From an uncultured Dehalococcoidales bacterium (lineage in GTDB: Bacteria; Chloroflexota; Dehalococcoidia; GIF9; UBA5629), in contig CAYVBI010000003.1 of assembly GCA_964448985.1 (NCBI GenBank), forward strand, positions 1-38,618: a stretch of 38,618 nt of DNA, read 5' to 3'. How positions within the stretch are numbered: position 1 is the first letter of the stretch; every line of letters begins with the position of its first letter. The notes beneath the pieces are model-generated. The model was not told the origin of the DNA and ran no database searches. It saw only the letters and a program-made list of their open reading frames with translations. A program made the position numbers and the translations under genes. This document shows positions 1-9,151 of the stretch, piece after piece.

Positions 1-3
1 AAA

Positions 4-492
4 ATGTGGCTTATTATAGCAGCATTTTTAATAGCCTGCCTCATCACCGGCATAGCCTTTTTCTGCATCCGCCTACATAATCTCCGGCCCACTGAGATAA
101 TCCTTAGCGACACCAGACAGGCCGACGTCAGCGGCGACGTATATATAGGCGGCAGCGTAGCCCGCCCGGGCATTTATGCTGCTAAACCCGGCGATACGTT
201 GACAGCGCTTGTCTCCGCGGCGGGCGTCTCGGACAACGCGGATATCGGCGCCATCTCAATCCACGTGCCTGCAATAGGTGAGATCTCCCAATCCCAGAAG
301 GTCGACCTCAACCGCGCAGATAGCTGGCTGCTGCAGTCATTGCCCGGCATAGGCGAGGGCAAGGCCGCACAGATCGTCGATTACCGGATTGCAAACGGCC
401 CCTTCCGCAGTGTTGACGACCTGCTCAAAATCAAAGGCTTCGGCAAGTCCGTGGTCGATGGTGTAAGAGGTTTTGTCTCAATAGGGGAATGA
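4..492 (+). CDS. comEA: ComEA-family competence protein (DNA receptor)
   Basis: N-terminal hydrophobic helix (WLIIAAFLIACLITGIAFF). C-terminal helix-hairpin-helix signature LNRADSWLLQSLPGIGEGKAAQIVDYRIANGPFRSVDDLLKIKGFG. Lies directly upstream of comEC. The ATG at 4 is 3 nt from the window edge, so the true start could lie upstream. Confidence 0.8.
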   Translation: MWLIIAAFLIACLITGIAFFCIRLHNLRPTEIILSDTRQADVSGDVYIGGSVARPGIYAAKPGDTLTALVSAAGVSDNADIGAISIHVPAIGEISQSQKVDLNRADSWLLQSLPGIGEGKAAQIVDYRIANGPFRSVDDLLKIKGFGKSVVDGVRGFVSIGE

Positions 493-498
493 ACCGCA

Positions 499-2940
499 AT
501 GCCCCTGCTATACGTCAGCATCGCATGGCTTACCGGAATACTGGCCGGATCGATATTTAACCTGCCCGTCTGGCTGCTGGCGCTCCCCCTGCCCGTTTTA
601 CCGCTGGTCTTCCTGGTGCCCGGACGCCGAAGGTCGCTGGCATTGCTGGCTGTATGCCTGCTGGCCTTTCCCGCCGGCGCACTGGTCTATCAGTCGTCTC
701 AACAACCTCTCTCTAGCACTCAGGCGCAGTACTACAACGAAAAGGGCTCCGTATCGCTCGAAGGAGTCATAGACGACCAACCGGAGATCAGGGGTTCCTC
801 TGTACAGTTTAAATTTTCCGCAGGCAATATCATCATCGCCGATAACACTTCTCCTGTTAAGGGGGGTGTACTGGTCAGGTTACCTTTCTACCGCTCTTTC
901 CAGTACGGCGACATGCTTCAATTAAACGGCAAGCTGGAAAGCCCCCAGAATTTCGATGACTTCGATTATCGTGATTACCTTGCAAATAAGGGTATTTATT
1001 CCATCATGAACTACCCGGCGGCAAATATAATCGCTACAGATAAAGGATCGCTTCCGCTGGCCTGGATCTATAGCCTGCGCAACAGCCTGTCAAGCAGTCT
1101 GTCGCTTTGCCTGCCCGAGCCGCAGAGTTCGCTGGCCCGGGCAATACTGCTGGGATTGCGAGGGAGCCTGCCTTATGACCTTTTACAAACTTTTTATGTG
1201 ACCGGCACAACACACCTGATCGCTATCTCCGGCATGAATTTGACCATACTTCTGGGCACGGTACTCGCTTTAACCATCTGGATTTTCGGCAGAAAAAATA
1301 AAGCCTACTTCTGGATATCGCTGTCCTTCATCTGGCTTTACACGATATTAACCGGTATGCCGGCGACTATGGTCAGGGCAGCTATCATGGGCAGCATATT
1401 TCTGGTAGCGGAGCTTCTGGGAAGGCAGCGCAATGGCCTGGCAGCCCTGGTGCTGGCGGCTGCAGTTATGACCGTGGCAGAGCCCCGTGTCCTATGGGAT
1501 ATCAGCTTCCAGCTGAGCTTCCTGTCTATGCTGGGTCTTGTGCTTATGGCTCCCTATTTAATTGCCTTCGCCAGCCCGCGTGGGCCACCCCATCAAAGAA
1601 GTTACAGTCTCTGGCTGAAAACAATTATTATAATCAGCTTCGGGACGACGCTGGCCGCGGTGATAGCGACCTGGCCTCTGACGGCACTCAATTTTCACTC
1701 CTTTTCCATTGTCAGCGCACCCGCGACCTTCTTCGCTATGCCTTCGTTCCCGGGCATCATCATCACATCACTGCTCACTGCCGTAGCCGGCCTGGCCTGG
1801 CCGCCGCTGGGGGTGTTCCTCGGATGGATCTCCTGGCTGTTCTTATCTTATTTCCTGCTCGTGGTCCAGATATTCAGTTCGATACCCGTGGCGTATATAC
1901 GCGACATCGTGTTGCAGCCCTGGCAGGCTATAGCCTACTATATGGCGCTGGGCCTTATTATGGCCTGCTTCATATACAGGCAGCACGTCTGGAAACTAGT
2001 CAAATCATCGGGGGATAAAATTCGGCAGGCCGCCGGCGCCCTGAAGTCGATCAACTTCAAACCAATGACATATCCCGCGCTGGCTATACTTCTGGCAGGC
2101 AATATACTTGTATGGACCGCCGTTTCCACATTGCCGGACGATAAACTCCACGTCAGCGTACTTGATGTCGGCCAGGGCGAGTGCATTTTGATCAGGACCC
2201 CGGACGGCCAGAATATATTGATCGACGCCGGCCCCGATCCTGCCTCGGCTTGCATTCAACTTGGTAAAAAATTGCCCTTCTGGGACAGACAGATCGGTAT
2301 GCTTATACTTACACAGTTTCAATCCGACCATATAGCCGGCGCCCTTGAACTTCTAAAGCGATACAACGTCCGTTCTCTGAGCCTTCCTCCCTCCTCCAGT
2401 AAAGCCGTGTTGCCCGGGGAAATCGTTCAAGCTGCCAAAGATCGGGGAGTCGCTTTGTACACGCTGGCCTACGGCAAACAATTTAACACTGGCAATGACC
2501 TTCGCCTGACAGTGCTTAACCCCCCATGCGAACCCTTTAAGGGCACGGAAGATGACATCAATAATAATTCCACTGTAATCAGGGTTTCCTACAGAGAAGT
2601 TAGTTTCCTGCTGTGCTCCGATATCGGTATGGAGGCCGAACAGTACCTGGCCGGCAACAGGGCAGACCTGAAAAGCGACGTTCTCAAAGTTGCACACCAC
2701 GGAAGCAAAGGATCGAGCTCGGATGAGTTCCTGACCATCGTTGATCCCGCATCCGCCGTCATCTCAGCCGGTGCGATCAACCGGTTCGGGCATCCCCACC
2801 GTGAGACGTTTGAACGACTATCGGCTAAGGTGCCGCGGGGCAACATCTTTGTTACAGCCATTCACGGCAATATCGAGTATGTCACGGATGGGCACAGGCT
2901 CTGGGCCGTTACCGAGAAATCAACATCGTCTGTCCCCTGA
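499..2940 (+). CDS. comEC: ComEC/Rec2 DNA internalization channel with C-terminal metallo-beta-lactamase domain
   Basis: 813 aa with many TM helices. Competence-domain motif HLIAISGMNL. C-terminal MBL-like block HVSVLDVGQGECILIRTPDGQNILIDAGP ... SDHIAGA ... KVAHHGSKGSS. Starts 7 nt after the comEA stop. Confidence 0.9.
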   Translation: MPLLYVSIAWLTGILAGSIFNLPVWLLALPLPVLPLVFLVPGRRRSLALLAVCLLAFPAGALVYQSSQQPLSSTQAQYYNEKGSVSLEGVIDDQPEIRGSSVQFKFSAGNIIIADNTSPVKGGVLVRLPFYRSFQYGDMLQLNGKLESPQNFDDFDYRDYLANKGIYSIMNYPAANIIATDKGSLPLAWIYSLRNSLSSSLSLCLPEPQSSLARAILLGLRGSLPYDLLQTFYVTGTTHLIAISGMNLTILLGTVLALTIWIFGRKNKAYFWISLSFIWLYTILTGMPATMVRAAIMGSIFLVAELLGRQRNGLAALVLAAAVMTVAEPRVLWDISFQLSFLSMLGLVLMAPYLIAFASPRGPPHQRSYSLWLKTIIIISFGTTLAAVIATWPLTALNFHSFSIVSAPATFFAMPSFPGIIITSLLTAVAGLAWPPLGVFLGWISWLFLSYFLLVVQIFSSIPVAYIRDIVLQPWQAIAYYMALGLIMACFIYRQHVWKLVKSSGDKIRQAAGALKSINFKPMTYPALAILLAGNILVWTAVSTLPDDKLHVSVLDVGQGECILIRTPDGQNILIDAGPDPASACIQLGKKLPFWDRQIGMLILTQFQSDHIAGALELLKRYNVRSLSLPPSSSKAVLPGEIVQAAKDRGVALYTLAYGKQFNTGNDLRLTVLNPPCEPFKGTEDDINNNSTVIRVSYREVSFLLCSDIGMEAEQYLAGNRADLKSDVLKVAHHGSKGSSSDEFLTIVDPASAVISAGAINRFGHPHRETFERLSAKVPRGNIFVTAIHGNIEYVTDGHRLWAVTEKSTSSVP

Positions 2941-3053
2941 TATACACTATCCGTGGAATTCAAGTATAATTGCTACAAATATCAATTAATTTTTACGTAT
3001 ATTTCACCGCATTATTCATATCAGGGGCGGGGTAATATCGAGAGGAGTAATAA

Positions 3054-3686
3054 ATGAACGATAGAGTGGTCATTTTTATTGACGGAAGCAACCTTTACCA
3101 CTCGCTGAAAAATAATTTCAAACGCTTCGATCTCAACTTCGGCGAGTTCACCAAGAAGCTTTGCGGCAGCAGGCAACTCATACGAACCTACTACTACAAT
3201 GTCCTGCAGGAGTCCAGCCAGCGATCGGAAGGCTCCCGCGAGCAGCAGGAGTTTTTGGAGACGCTGCGTAAGACGCCCTACCTGGAATTGAGGTTGGGCA
3301 CTACCAAGCTTTCACAGGGTATACCGGTTGAACGCGGTATAGATGTGATGCTGGCCACCGACCTGCTGTACTTCGCCGCCAATAACACATATGACACGGC
3401 TGTGCTGGTCAGCGGGGATTCGGACTTCAACTACACGGTACAGGTCGTTAAAGATATGGGCAAGCACGTGGAAGTGGCTTATTTCGAGAACGCTGCATCG
3501 AGGGACCTGATAAATTTGGCTGACTTTTTACATCAGCTCGACGGCAAGTTTTTCACATCCCTCTGGACCACGGGACAACGCAAGTATCTCAGGAGAAAGC
3601 CGCGCTACAGGCGGCAGGTCGCTGTGGCCATCGCTAATTCCCCGGCGCCGGAAGATCAGGGAAACGCTCAACAAGATCTTCCCTGA
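3054..3686 (+). CDS. NYN/LabA-like (DUF88) predicted RNase-fold protein with basic C-terminal tail
   Basis: VVIFIDGSNLYHSLK at the N-terminus and VLVSGDSDF later match the acidic NYN/PIN-like signature. SD agaggag at 3041-3047. Confidence 0.7.
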   Translation: MNDRVVIFIDGSNLYHSLKNNFKRFDLNFGEFTKKLCGSRQLIRTYYYNVLQESSQRSEGSREQQEFLETLRKTPYLELRLGTTKLSQGIPVERGIDVMLATDLLYFAANNTYDTAVLVSGDSDFNYTVQVVKDMGKHVEVAYFENAASRDLINLADFLHQLDGKFFTSLWTTGQRKYLRRKPRYRRQVAVAIANSPAPEDQGNAQQDLP

Positions 3687-3915
3687 TTGCCGGACATTCG
3701 GAGTAAACCTGCTGGAGAGTGATCTCCTCCCCGTTCGCCCTCAGCGCATGCACATCCATCTGATATTCAACCAGCAGGTATTCCGGCTGCCTGGAAGCAT
3801 AATACGAGACGATATTTCCGATCTCCACCCGTGTCAAAATCGACCTCACTACTGGCGTCAGCTTCACCCCCATAATCTCCCGCGTCTCTTCGCAGGTGAC
3901 TACCTCTTTTTGCAT
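3634..3915 (-). CDS. hypothetical 93-aa protein, last gene of the gerW-like operon
   Basis: ATG preceded by ctggaggacc (strong SD). Its start overlaps the stop of the upstream DUF2953-like gene by 16 nt. I recognise no family. Its 3' end overlaps the convergent NYN gene by 53 nt. Confidence 0.45.
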   Translation of the reverse strand: MQKEVVTCEETREIMGVKLTPVVRSILTRVEIGNIVSYYASRQPEYLLVEYQMDVHALRANGEEITLQQVYSECPAIREDLVERFPDLPAPGN

Positions 3916-4493
3916 GGTCCTCCAGCAATGATCCGCCGCGCCTGTCGAAACTCAGGAGAGAGTGCGAAGTCCAGGCATAGTACCAGCACGTGGATGGGAC
4001 GCACCTGCAGGTCGCCGGAGACATCCCCCTCCAGAAACATGTCTTCCTCAAAAGCGGGCTGAATCAAGACTACGTCGTTAAACCTCTGGTTTAAATACAA
4101 AACGGGCGGTATCAGAAGCCCGGCCAGCATGCCGGTATAATAATCGTCTCCCAGGCTTACTCTTAAATCTGATTGAATAGACTGTACCTTCACCCGCCGG
4201 AATATATGTTTGATCAGCAGTTTGATCCTGTCTCCAAGGCCTTTGACCTGGACAGCTTCAACCACGCGGGATATCCGGTATGTGCCTTCTCTTTCAGCCA
4301 CAGGTCTGGCCGGTTTATCTCTCCGGGCGCGTCCTGTCGACAAATCCCACGAAAGAAGACCGAAAAGGAATTGAATACGCGCGTTGAAGACGGCGCCACC
4401 ATGGAAACTGGCCGACAGCCGGATCCCCAGCGGTAGTACCAGCAGCAGTAATATAATGGCAAGTACTGAAAGAGCGATGATGAGCAGGGCCAA
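3900..4493 (-). CDS. DUF2953/YtfI-like membrane protein
   Basis: N-terminal TM helix (ALLIIALSVLAIILLLLVLPLG). Lies immediately downstream of a YtfJ/GerW homologue, as in the Bacillus ytfI-ytfJ pair. Apparent TTG start 6 nt after the gerW-like stop. Confidence 0.5.
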   Translation of the reverse strand: MALLIIALSVLAIILLLLVLPLGIRLSASFHGGAVFNARIQFLFGLLSWDLSTGRARRDKPARPVAEREGTYRISRVVEAVQVKGLGDRIKLLIKHIFRRVKVQSIQSDLRVSLGDDYYTGMLAGLLIPPVLYLNQRFNDVVLIQPAFEEDMFLEGDVSGDLQVRPIHVLVLCLDFALSPEFRQARRIIAGGPCKKR

Positions 4494-4499
4494 CGGTTA

Positions 4500-4874
4500 C
4501 TACTCCCTCTTGCGTTCGCCCCACCTGTCAGCGATCTTCTCAACCACACCCGGGACCTTGTCACCCAGCTTCTCGAGAGCCGCGGCCACGCTGCTCTTGA
4601 TAGGCTCTATGCGCACCCCTTCCTTATCTATCACAATTATGGCGATAGGCCTCATGCCACCTGCGCCACCTGCACCGCCCTTGAGGCCGTCACCGCTTTG
4701 TTTGGCATCACTTTTTCCCGCCCCTCCAGCCGCGCCGAAACCGAAACCCATACTAAGCAACGGTATGAGAGTTGTTTCACCTACGGTGATCGGTTCACCG
4801 ATGACCGTCTTGCTGCTGAGAACCTTCTCGATCTGGCTGATGGTGGTCCTCACCATGTTTTCAACGTCTTCCAT
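4500..4874 (-). CDS. GerW/YtfJ-family sporulation/germination-associated protein
   Basis: VIGEPITVGETTLIPLLSMGFGFGAAGGAG ... GGAGGAGGMRPIAIIVIDKEGVRIEPI matches the Spore_YtfJ pattern (from memory). SD aggggg lies 8 nt upstream of the ATG. Confidence 0.75.
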   Translation of the reverse strand: MEDVENMVRTTISQIEKVLSSKTVIGEPITVGETTLIPLLSMGFGFGAAGGAGKSDAKQSGDGLKGGAGGAGGMRPIAIIVIDKEGVRIEPIKSSVAAALEKLGDKVPGVVEKIADRWGERKRE

Positions 4875-4964
4875 AATGGTACCCCCTGATCAACGGACTA
4901 TTATAATGTTGTATATTCTGTATTCTACATCAATCATAAACGGCAGGGCGAAACAGTATATCCC

Positions 4965-5660
4965 TCATTTCGTCGCGTGATATATCTCGAGATTGCCGAT
5001 ATCGATCCACTGCTCTTTAAATGGGTAAACCATCACGGTGTCGATGCCGACCAGGTGGGTAATAAAAAATCCCAGGTTATCCTTTACGGCTTGTTCGCAG
5101 AATGCGCTTATAATGGGAAATACCCTGGGCGGCAATATCCAGCAGGCCGTGGCCACAAGGCTGGTTTTAGGCGCGGCCGGCTTCTCCTCGAGCTCTATGA
5201 TCCTGTCGCCCTGGATCTTCACCACTCCATACTGCGTAGCTTTGGAAGGGTGGCCTACGTCATATACGGCCACGAGAACGTGCCGGCCATCGTATGCCGC
5301 TAAAAAGCTGGCCAGGTCAAACTCGAAATAATTGTCGGCGCCGAAAAGCAGCAGGTCCTCCGTTAAATTCTTCTGTTTTATCCAGTAGTTCAGCGAACCA
5401 ATGGCCCCCAGCTTCTCATCCTCCGACCTGACGTTCTCAACGCAGATAGTGATCTCCCGGTTCTGCCTCACGCTCCATTCCCGGAAATCAGGCTCAAACT
5501 TCATATTCACATTGACCAGTATTTCGATGCCGGGGGGTATCTTATCCACGATGTGATCGATCATAGGTTTGCCCTTATACGGTAAAAGGGCCTTGGCCCG
5601 GTTCATCGTCAACGGGTAAAGCCTGGTCCCGAAACCACTGGCGAGGATCAAACACTTCAT
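4965..5660 (-). CDS. sugar-phosphate nucleotidyltransferase (NTP_transferase family)
   Basis: MKCLILASGFGTRLYPLTMNRAKALLPYKGKPMIDHIV is the classic G-x-G-T-R-L nucleotide-binding loop. The track start at 5666 is TTG; the ATG at 5660 is preferred. Confidence 0.8.
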   Translation of the reverse strand: MKCLILASGFGTRLYPLTMNRAKALLPYKGKPMIDHIVDKIPPGIEILVNVNMKFEPDFREWSVRQNREITICVENVRSEDEKLGAIGSLNYWIKQKNLTEDLLLFGADNYFEFDLASFLAAYDGRHVLVAVYDVGHPSKATQYGVVKIQGDRIIELEEKPAAPKTSLVATACWILPPRVFPIISAFCEQAVKDNLGFFITHLVGIDTVMVYPFKEQWIDIGNLEIYHATK

Positions 5661-5779
5661 CTGCAAATAATTCCGTATCGCTGATCAAGCTTATATTGAA
5701 TTTGAATTTTACTCCACCCTATATCCGGTTATCAATTATAATTGTGTAAGCTGTTTACCAGGCCTGGTTTAAAAATTCC

Positions 5780-6550
5780 ATGAGTATTCCGATCAAACGT
5801 AACCGCCGCCTTGCCCTGATAGGGGAAGGAGAGATCGACCTTCAGGGAAAGCCTGTGAGGTATACGCTGAAGCAAAGTCAGCGAACCAGGGGGATCAGGC
5901 TCGAGGTCCGCAGCGAAACAGGTCTGACCGTGGTTGTTCCCAGGAAGTACACCCAGCAACAGGTCACGGATATACTGCGGCAAAAGTCCCGCTGGATACT
6001 CAAACACCTGCCGGACAGCAAAGAGGTTCAAATGCCACTTTTTACCCATGAGCTCGGCCAGGGCGATAAGCTGCATTTCATGGGCAGGCCGATCGAGATT
6101 AACATCAGTGCCGGAAAATCTGCAACATCCTCGGCTGTACTGGATGGCAATAAACTGCTGGTCTTAACCGGAGCGAGAGACGGCGCTATACCCGGAATTC
6201 TGGAGAAATGGTACCGGCAACAGGCTGCAAATGTCTTCAGGCAAAAGGCCGGCAGCTTCCAGAAGATTATGGGTTTACACTACAGCACCATCTTCATACG
6301 TGGGCAGAGAACACGCTGGGGCAGCTGCTCACCTGCCGGTAATCTGACACTCAACTGGAAATTGCTGATGGCGCCCGAAGAAATCATCGACTACGTTGTT
6401 ATTCACGAACTGGCGCACCTCAAACACATGAACCATTCGAATAAATTCTGGGATATAGTGGGGCAATATTGCCCGGGCTGGAGGGCACATCGCAAATGGC
6501 TTATAACACATGAAGATGAGCTCAAGGCGCGCGCTTCTTTTAAGCTATAA
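5780..6550 (+). CDS. YgjP-like (DUF45, M48-type) metal-dependent hydrolase
   Basis: RTRWGSCSPAGNLTLNWKLLMAPEEIIDYVVIHELAHLKHMNHSNKFW carries the HExxH zinc motif typical of DUF45/YgjP. Confidence 0.8.
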   Translation: MSIPIKRNRRLALIGEGEIDLQGKPVRYTLKQSQRTRGIRLEVRSETGLTVVVPRKYTQQQVTDILRQKSRWILKHLPDSKEVQMPLFTHELGQGDKLHFMGRPIEINISAGKSATSSAVLDGNKLLVLTGARDGAIPGILEKWYRQQAANVFRQKAGSFQKIMGLHYSTIFIRGQRTRWGSCSPAGNLTLNWKLLMAPEEIIDYVVIHELAHLKHMNHSNKFWDIVGQYCPGWRAHRKWLITHEDELKARASFKL

Positions 6551-6577
6551 TCTTCAATATCATCACTGGAGGTGTCC

Positions 6578-6916
6578 ATGAAAGTACATCATTACCGCGA
6601 AGTCGAAGCTGTGGAGGCCGCTGCCGGCGTGCGTATGCATGTTGTAGCGGGGCCGAAGGAGGGTGCTCCCAATTTCATTATGCGTGTCTTTGAGATCGAG
6701 CCGGGCAGCAACACGCCCTTCCATCAGCACGACTGGGAGCATGAGATTTTTATACTTGAAGGACCTGCGGCGGTCAAACATACGGATGGGGAGACGCCGC
6801 TCAAGCCGGGGCATGCCATTTTTATCCCGGCCAATGAAATGCACGGCATTCTCAATAAGGGAGACCGGACCGTCAAACTGATCTGCGTTATACCCAACGT
6901 AGATAAAAAGCAATAG
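6578..6916 (+). CDS. cupin-domain protein
   Basis: GSNTPFHQHDWEHEIFILEG ... GHAIFIPANEMHGILN matches the two cupin motifs. ggagg SD at 6568-6572 favours the ATG at 6578 over the track GTG at 6572. Confidence 0.7.
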   Translation: MKVHHYREVEAVEAAAGVRMHVVAGPKEGAPNFIMRVFEIEPGSNTPFHQHDWEHEIFILEGPAAVKHTDGETPLKPGHAIFIPANEMHGILNKGDRTVKLICVIPNVDKKQ

Positions 6917-7014
6917 CCTCTCTCCACATCCTTGATATTGTTTGACATGGGCTTTGAACAGGGTTTAACATATATCTTTGTTGTGTATTTGTTCACCTTT
7001 GAGAGAAATTGCTG

Positions 7015-7605
7015 ATGGCTTCGAAATCATCCCTCGATAATAAACCGCTGGAGATCAGATGGCATGGGCGTGGCGGTCAGGGTGCGATCACCGCTGCCAA
7101 GATTATTGCGGAGGCAGCGTATGCCAAAGGCTACAAGGGTGTAACCGCCGCTCCGTCCTTCGGGGCAGAGAGGCGCGGTGCGCCTGTCAGCGCTTCAACC
7201 AGGATATCCAGCGAACCGGTGCTGGTCGTATCGCAGGTCGAGCATCCAGCCATAGTAGTTGTGCTCGATCATACCCTGCTCAAGTACCCGGATGTCATCC
7301 AGGGCCTGGGCAAGAACGGGTGGCTGGTGGTAAATTCCCCTCTTTCGCCCAGGGAACTCGGGCTTAAAGGGGAGTTCAACATCGCGACCGCCGACGCTAC
7401 CAAAGTATGTCAGGACCTCGAGTTGATAGTAGCGGGGCTGGTAATTGTCAACACCGCCATATTGGGAGCACTGGTACGAGCTACGAAAATTGTGGATATT
7501 CCAACGCTGGAAAAGGTTGTGCGCGAACGTTTTTCCCGCAATACGGTGGACATCAATCTGGCAGCGATAAATAAGACTTACGAGATAACTAAAGTAGGCA
7601 AATAG
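7015..7605 (+). CDS. porG: 2-oxoacid (pyruvate-type):ferredoxin oxidoreductase gamma subunit
   Basis: IRWHGRGGQGAITAAKIIAEAAYAKGYKGVTAAPSFGAERRGAPV is the gamma-subunit signature. First gene in a gamma-delta-alpha-beta order. The 2-oxoacid substrate is not determinable from sequence alone. Confidence 0.85.
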   Translation: MASKSSLDNKPLEIRWHGRGGQGAITAAKIIAEAAYAKGYKGVTAAPSFGAERRGAPVSASTRISSEPVLVVSQVEHPAIVVVLDHTLLKYPDVIQGLGKNGWLVVNSPLSPRELGLKGEFNIATADATKVCQDLELIVAGLVIVNTAILGALVRATKIVDIPTLEKVVRERFSRNTVDINLAAINKTYEITKVGK

Positions 7606-7615
7606 GATATTCACC

Positions 7616-7912
7616 ATGGGTACCAGGGAATGTAACCACATCTGCGACGAATCATCGCCCGGCATCGGCGAGGCGGGCCGCACCGGCGAGTGGCGCACTC
7701 ACGTTCCGGTGATAGACGACAAGAGATGCACGGCTTCAAAATTGAATAAGCCGACCTGCTTCCTCTGCTGGCTCTATTGCCCCGAAGCAGTCATGACCAA
7801 GGCGATACCACCCACTATAGACCTGGAATACTGCAAGGGATGCGGCATCTGCGCACAGGTATGCCCGGTGCAGGCTATTACCCTGGTCCCCGAAGAAAAA
7901 AAACTGAGCTGA
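7616..7912 (+). CDS. porD: 2-oxoacid:ferredoxin oxidoreductase delta subunit (2x[4Fe-4S])
   Basis: Two ferredoxin motifs: CFLCWLYCPEAV and CKGCGICAQVCPVQAI. Lies between the gamma and alpha subunits. Confidence 0.85.
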   Translation: MGTRECNHICDESSPGIGEAGRTGEWRTHVPVIDDKRCTASKLNKPTCFLCWLYCPEAVMTKAIPPTIDLEYCKGCGICAQVCPVQAITLVPEEKKLS

Positions 7913-7918
7913 TATCAG

Positions 7919-9139
7919 ATGGCAGTACAGAGAAAATCAAACATGCATATCCTCGACGGCAACCAGGCAGCCGCGATAGCGGCCAAGATGAGCCGGGTAC
8001 AGGTAGTGGCCGCTTATCCCATTACTCCACAGACACCACTCACGGAAAAGCTCTCGCACTTCGTGGAGGATGGCCAGCTCAAGGCCGAGTATGTCGCCGT
8101 TGAAAGCGAGCACAGCGCCATGGCGGTATGCACCTCGGCCTCCACCGTGGGCGCACGCGCTTTCACTGCCACCAGCTCACACGGGCTGGCATACATGCAC
8201 GAGATGCTGCACTGGGCCGCCGGCGCTCGTCTTCCCATTGTCATGGCCTGTGTAAACCGCGCCATCGGGGCGCCCTGGAATGTTCTTAACGACCAGCAGG
8301 ATTCGATCTCGCAGCGTGATACGGGTTGGATCCAAATATACTGCCGCAACAACCAGGATATACTTGACACGATTATACAGGCATATCGCATAGCCGAGAG
8401 CGTTTATGTGCCCGTCATGGTCTGCTACGACGGATATATACTATCCCATACCGAGATGCCGGTCGATATACCCGAGCAGGTGGACGTGGACCGCTACCTG
8501 CCACCTTATAAACCTCACACTTCGCTGGACCCGGACAATCCCAAGAACTATAACCTGGTTACGCTGGCCAATCCACGAGTTGGTGTGGACGGCAAGCTCT
8601 GCCATGGCTATATGGAGCTCAGGTACCTGCTGCAGGAAGCTCTTCAGAACTCCAGGGAAACAATCCTGCAGGCAGGAAGGGAATTCAACGATATATTCGG
8701 ACGCGATTATGCATGTATGTTCTGGGAAGAGCGTAATGAGGATGCCGAGATCACGATCGTCGCCATGGGAAGCCTGGCCTCTGAAGCGATCGTGGCGGCG
8801 GACATGCTGAGAGAAGAAGGCATCAAGGTGGGCGTGTTGGGGTTGCGTGTATTCCGCCCCTTCCCCAAGCAGGATGTCGTACAGGCCCTGCGTAAATCAC
8901 GTCTGATCGTGGTTTTCGATAAAAATATCAGCTACGGCTCGGAAGGCGCTACCTGTTCGGAGATCAAATCGGCGCTTTATGGCACATATATCAACGCCGC
9001 CATCAGGAATTTCATCGTTGGATTGGGCGGCCGCGATGTCAAAGCCCGTGAGCTTGCTGAAGCTACCAAGAAAGCCATATCATCCCTGAAAGAGACGGTG
9101 ACCAATCCGGATTACCCCGAATGGATCTGCCAAATCTAA
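7919..9139 (+). CDS. porA: 2-oxoacid:ferredoxin oxidoreductase alpha subunit
   Basis: LDGNQAAAIAAKMSRVQVVAAYPITPQTPLTEKL ... ESEHSAMAVC is typical of the POR/VOR alpha N-terminal domain. Confidence 0.9.
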   Translation: MAVQRKSNMHILDGNQAAAIAAKMSRVQVVAAYPITPQTPLTEKLSHFVEDGQLKAEYVAVESEHSAMAVCTSASTVGARAFTATSSHGLAYMHEMLHWAAGARLPIVMACVNRAIGAPWNVLNDQQDSISQRDTGWIQIYCRNNQDILDTIIQAYRIAESVYVPVMVCYDGYILSHTEMPVDIPEQVDVDRYLPPYKPHTSLDPDNPKNYNLVTLANPRVGVDGKLCHGYMELRYLLQEALQNSRETILQAGREFNDIFGRDYACMFWEERNEDAEITIVAMGSLASEAIVAADMLREEGIKVGVLGLRVFRPFPKQDVVQALRKSRLIVVFDKNISYGSEGATCSEIKSALYGTYINAAIRNFIVGLGGRDVKARELAEATKKAISSLKETVTNPDYPEWICQI

Positions 9140-9151
9140 GGAAGAATTGAA

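Noticed and set aside
4384-4980. 198-aa plus-strand ORF
   Set aside because: It is antisense to the gerW-like and DUF2953-like genes. Its Pro/Ser/Ala low-complexity translation mirrors the Gly-rich gerW segment. It is a shadow ORF.
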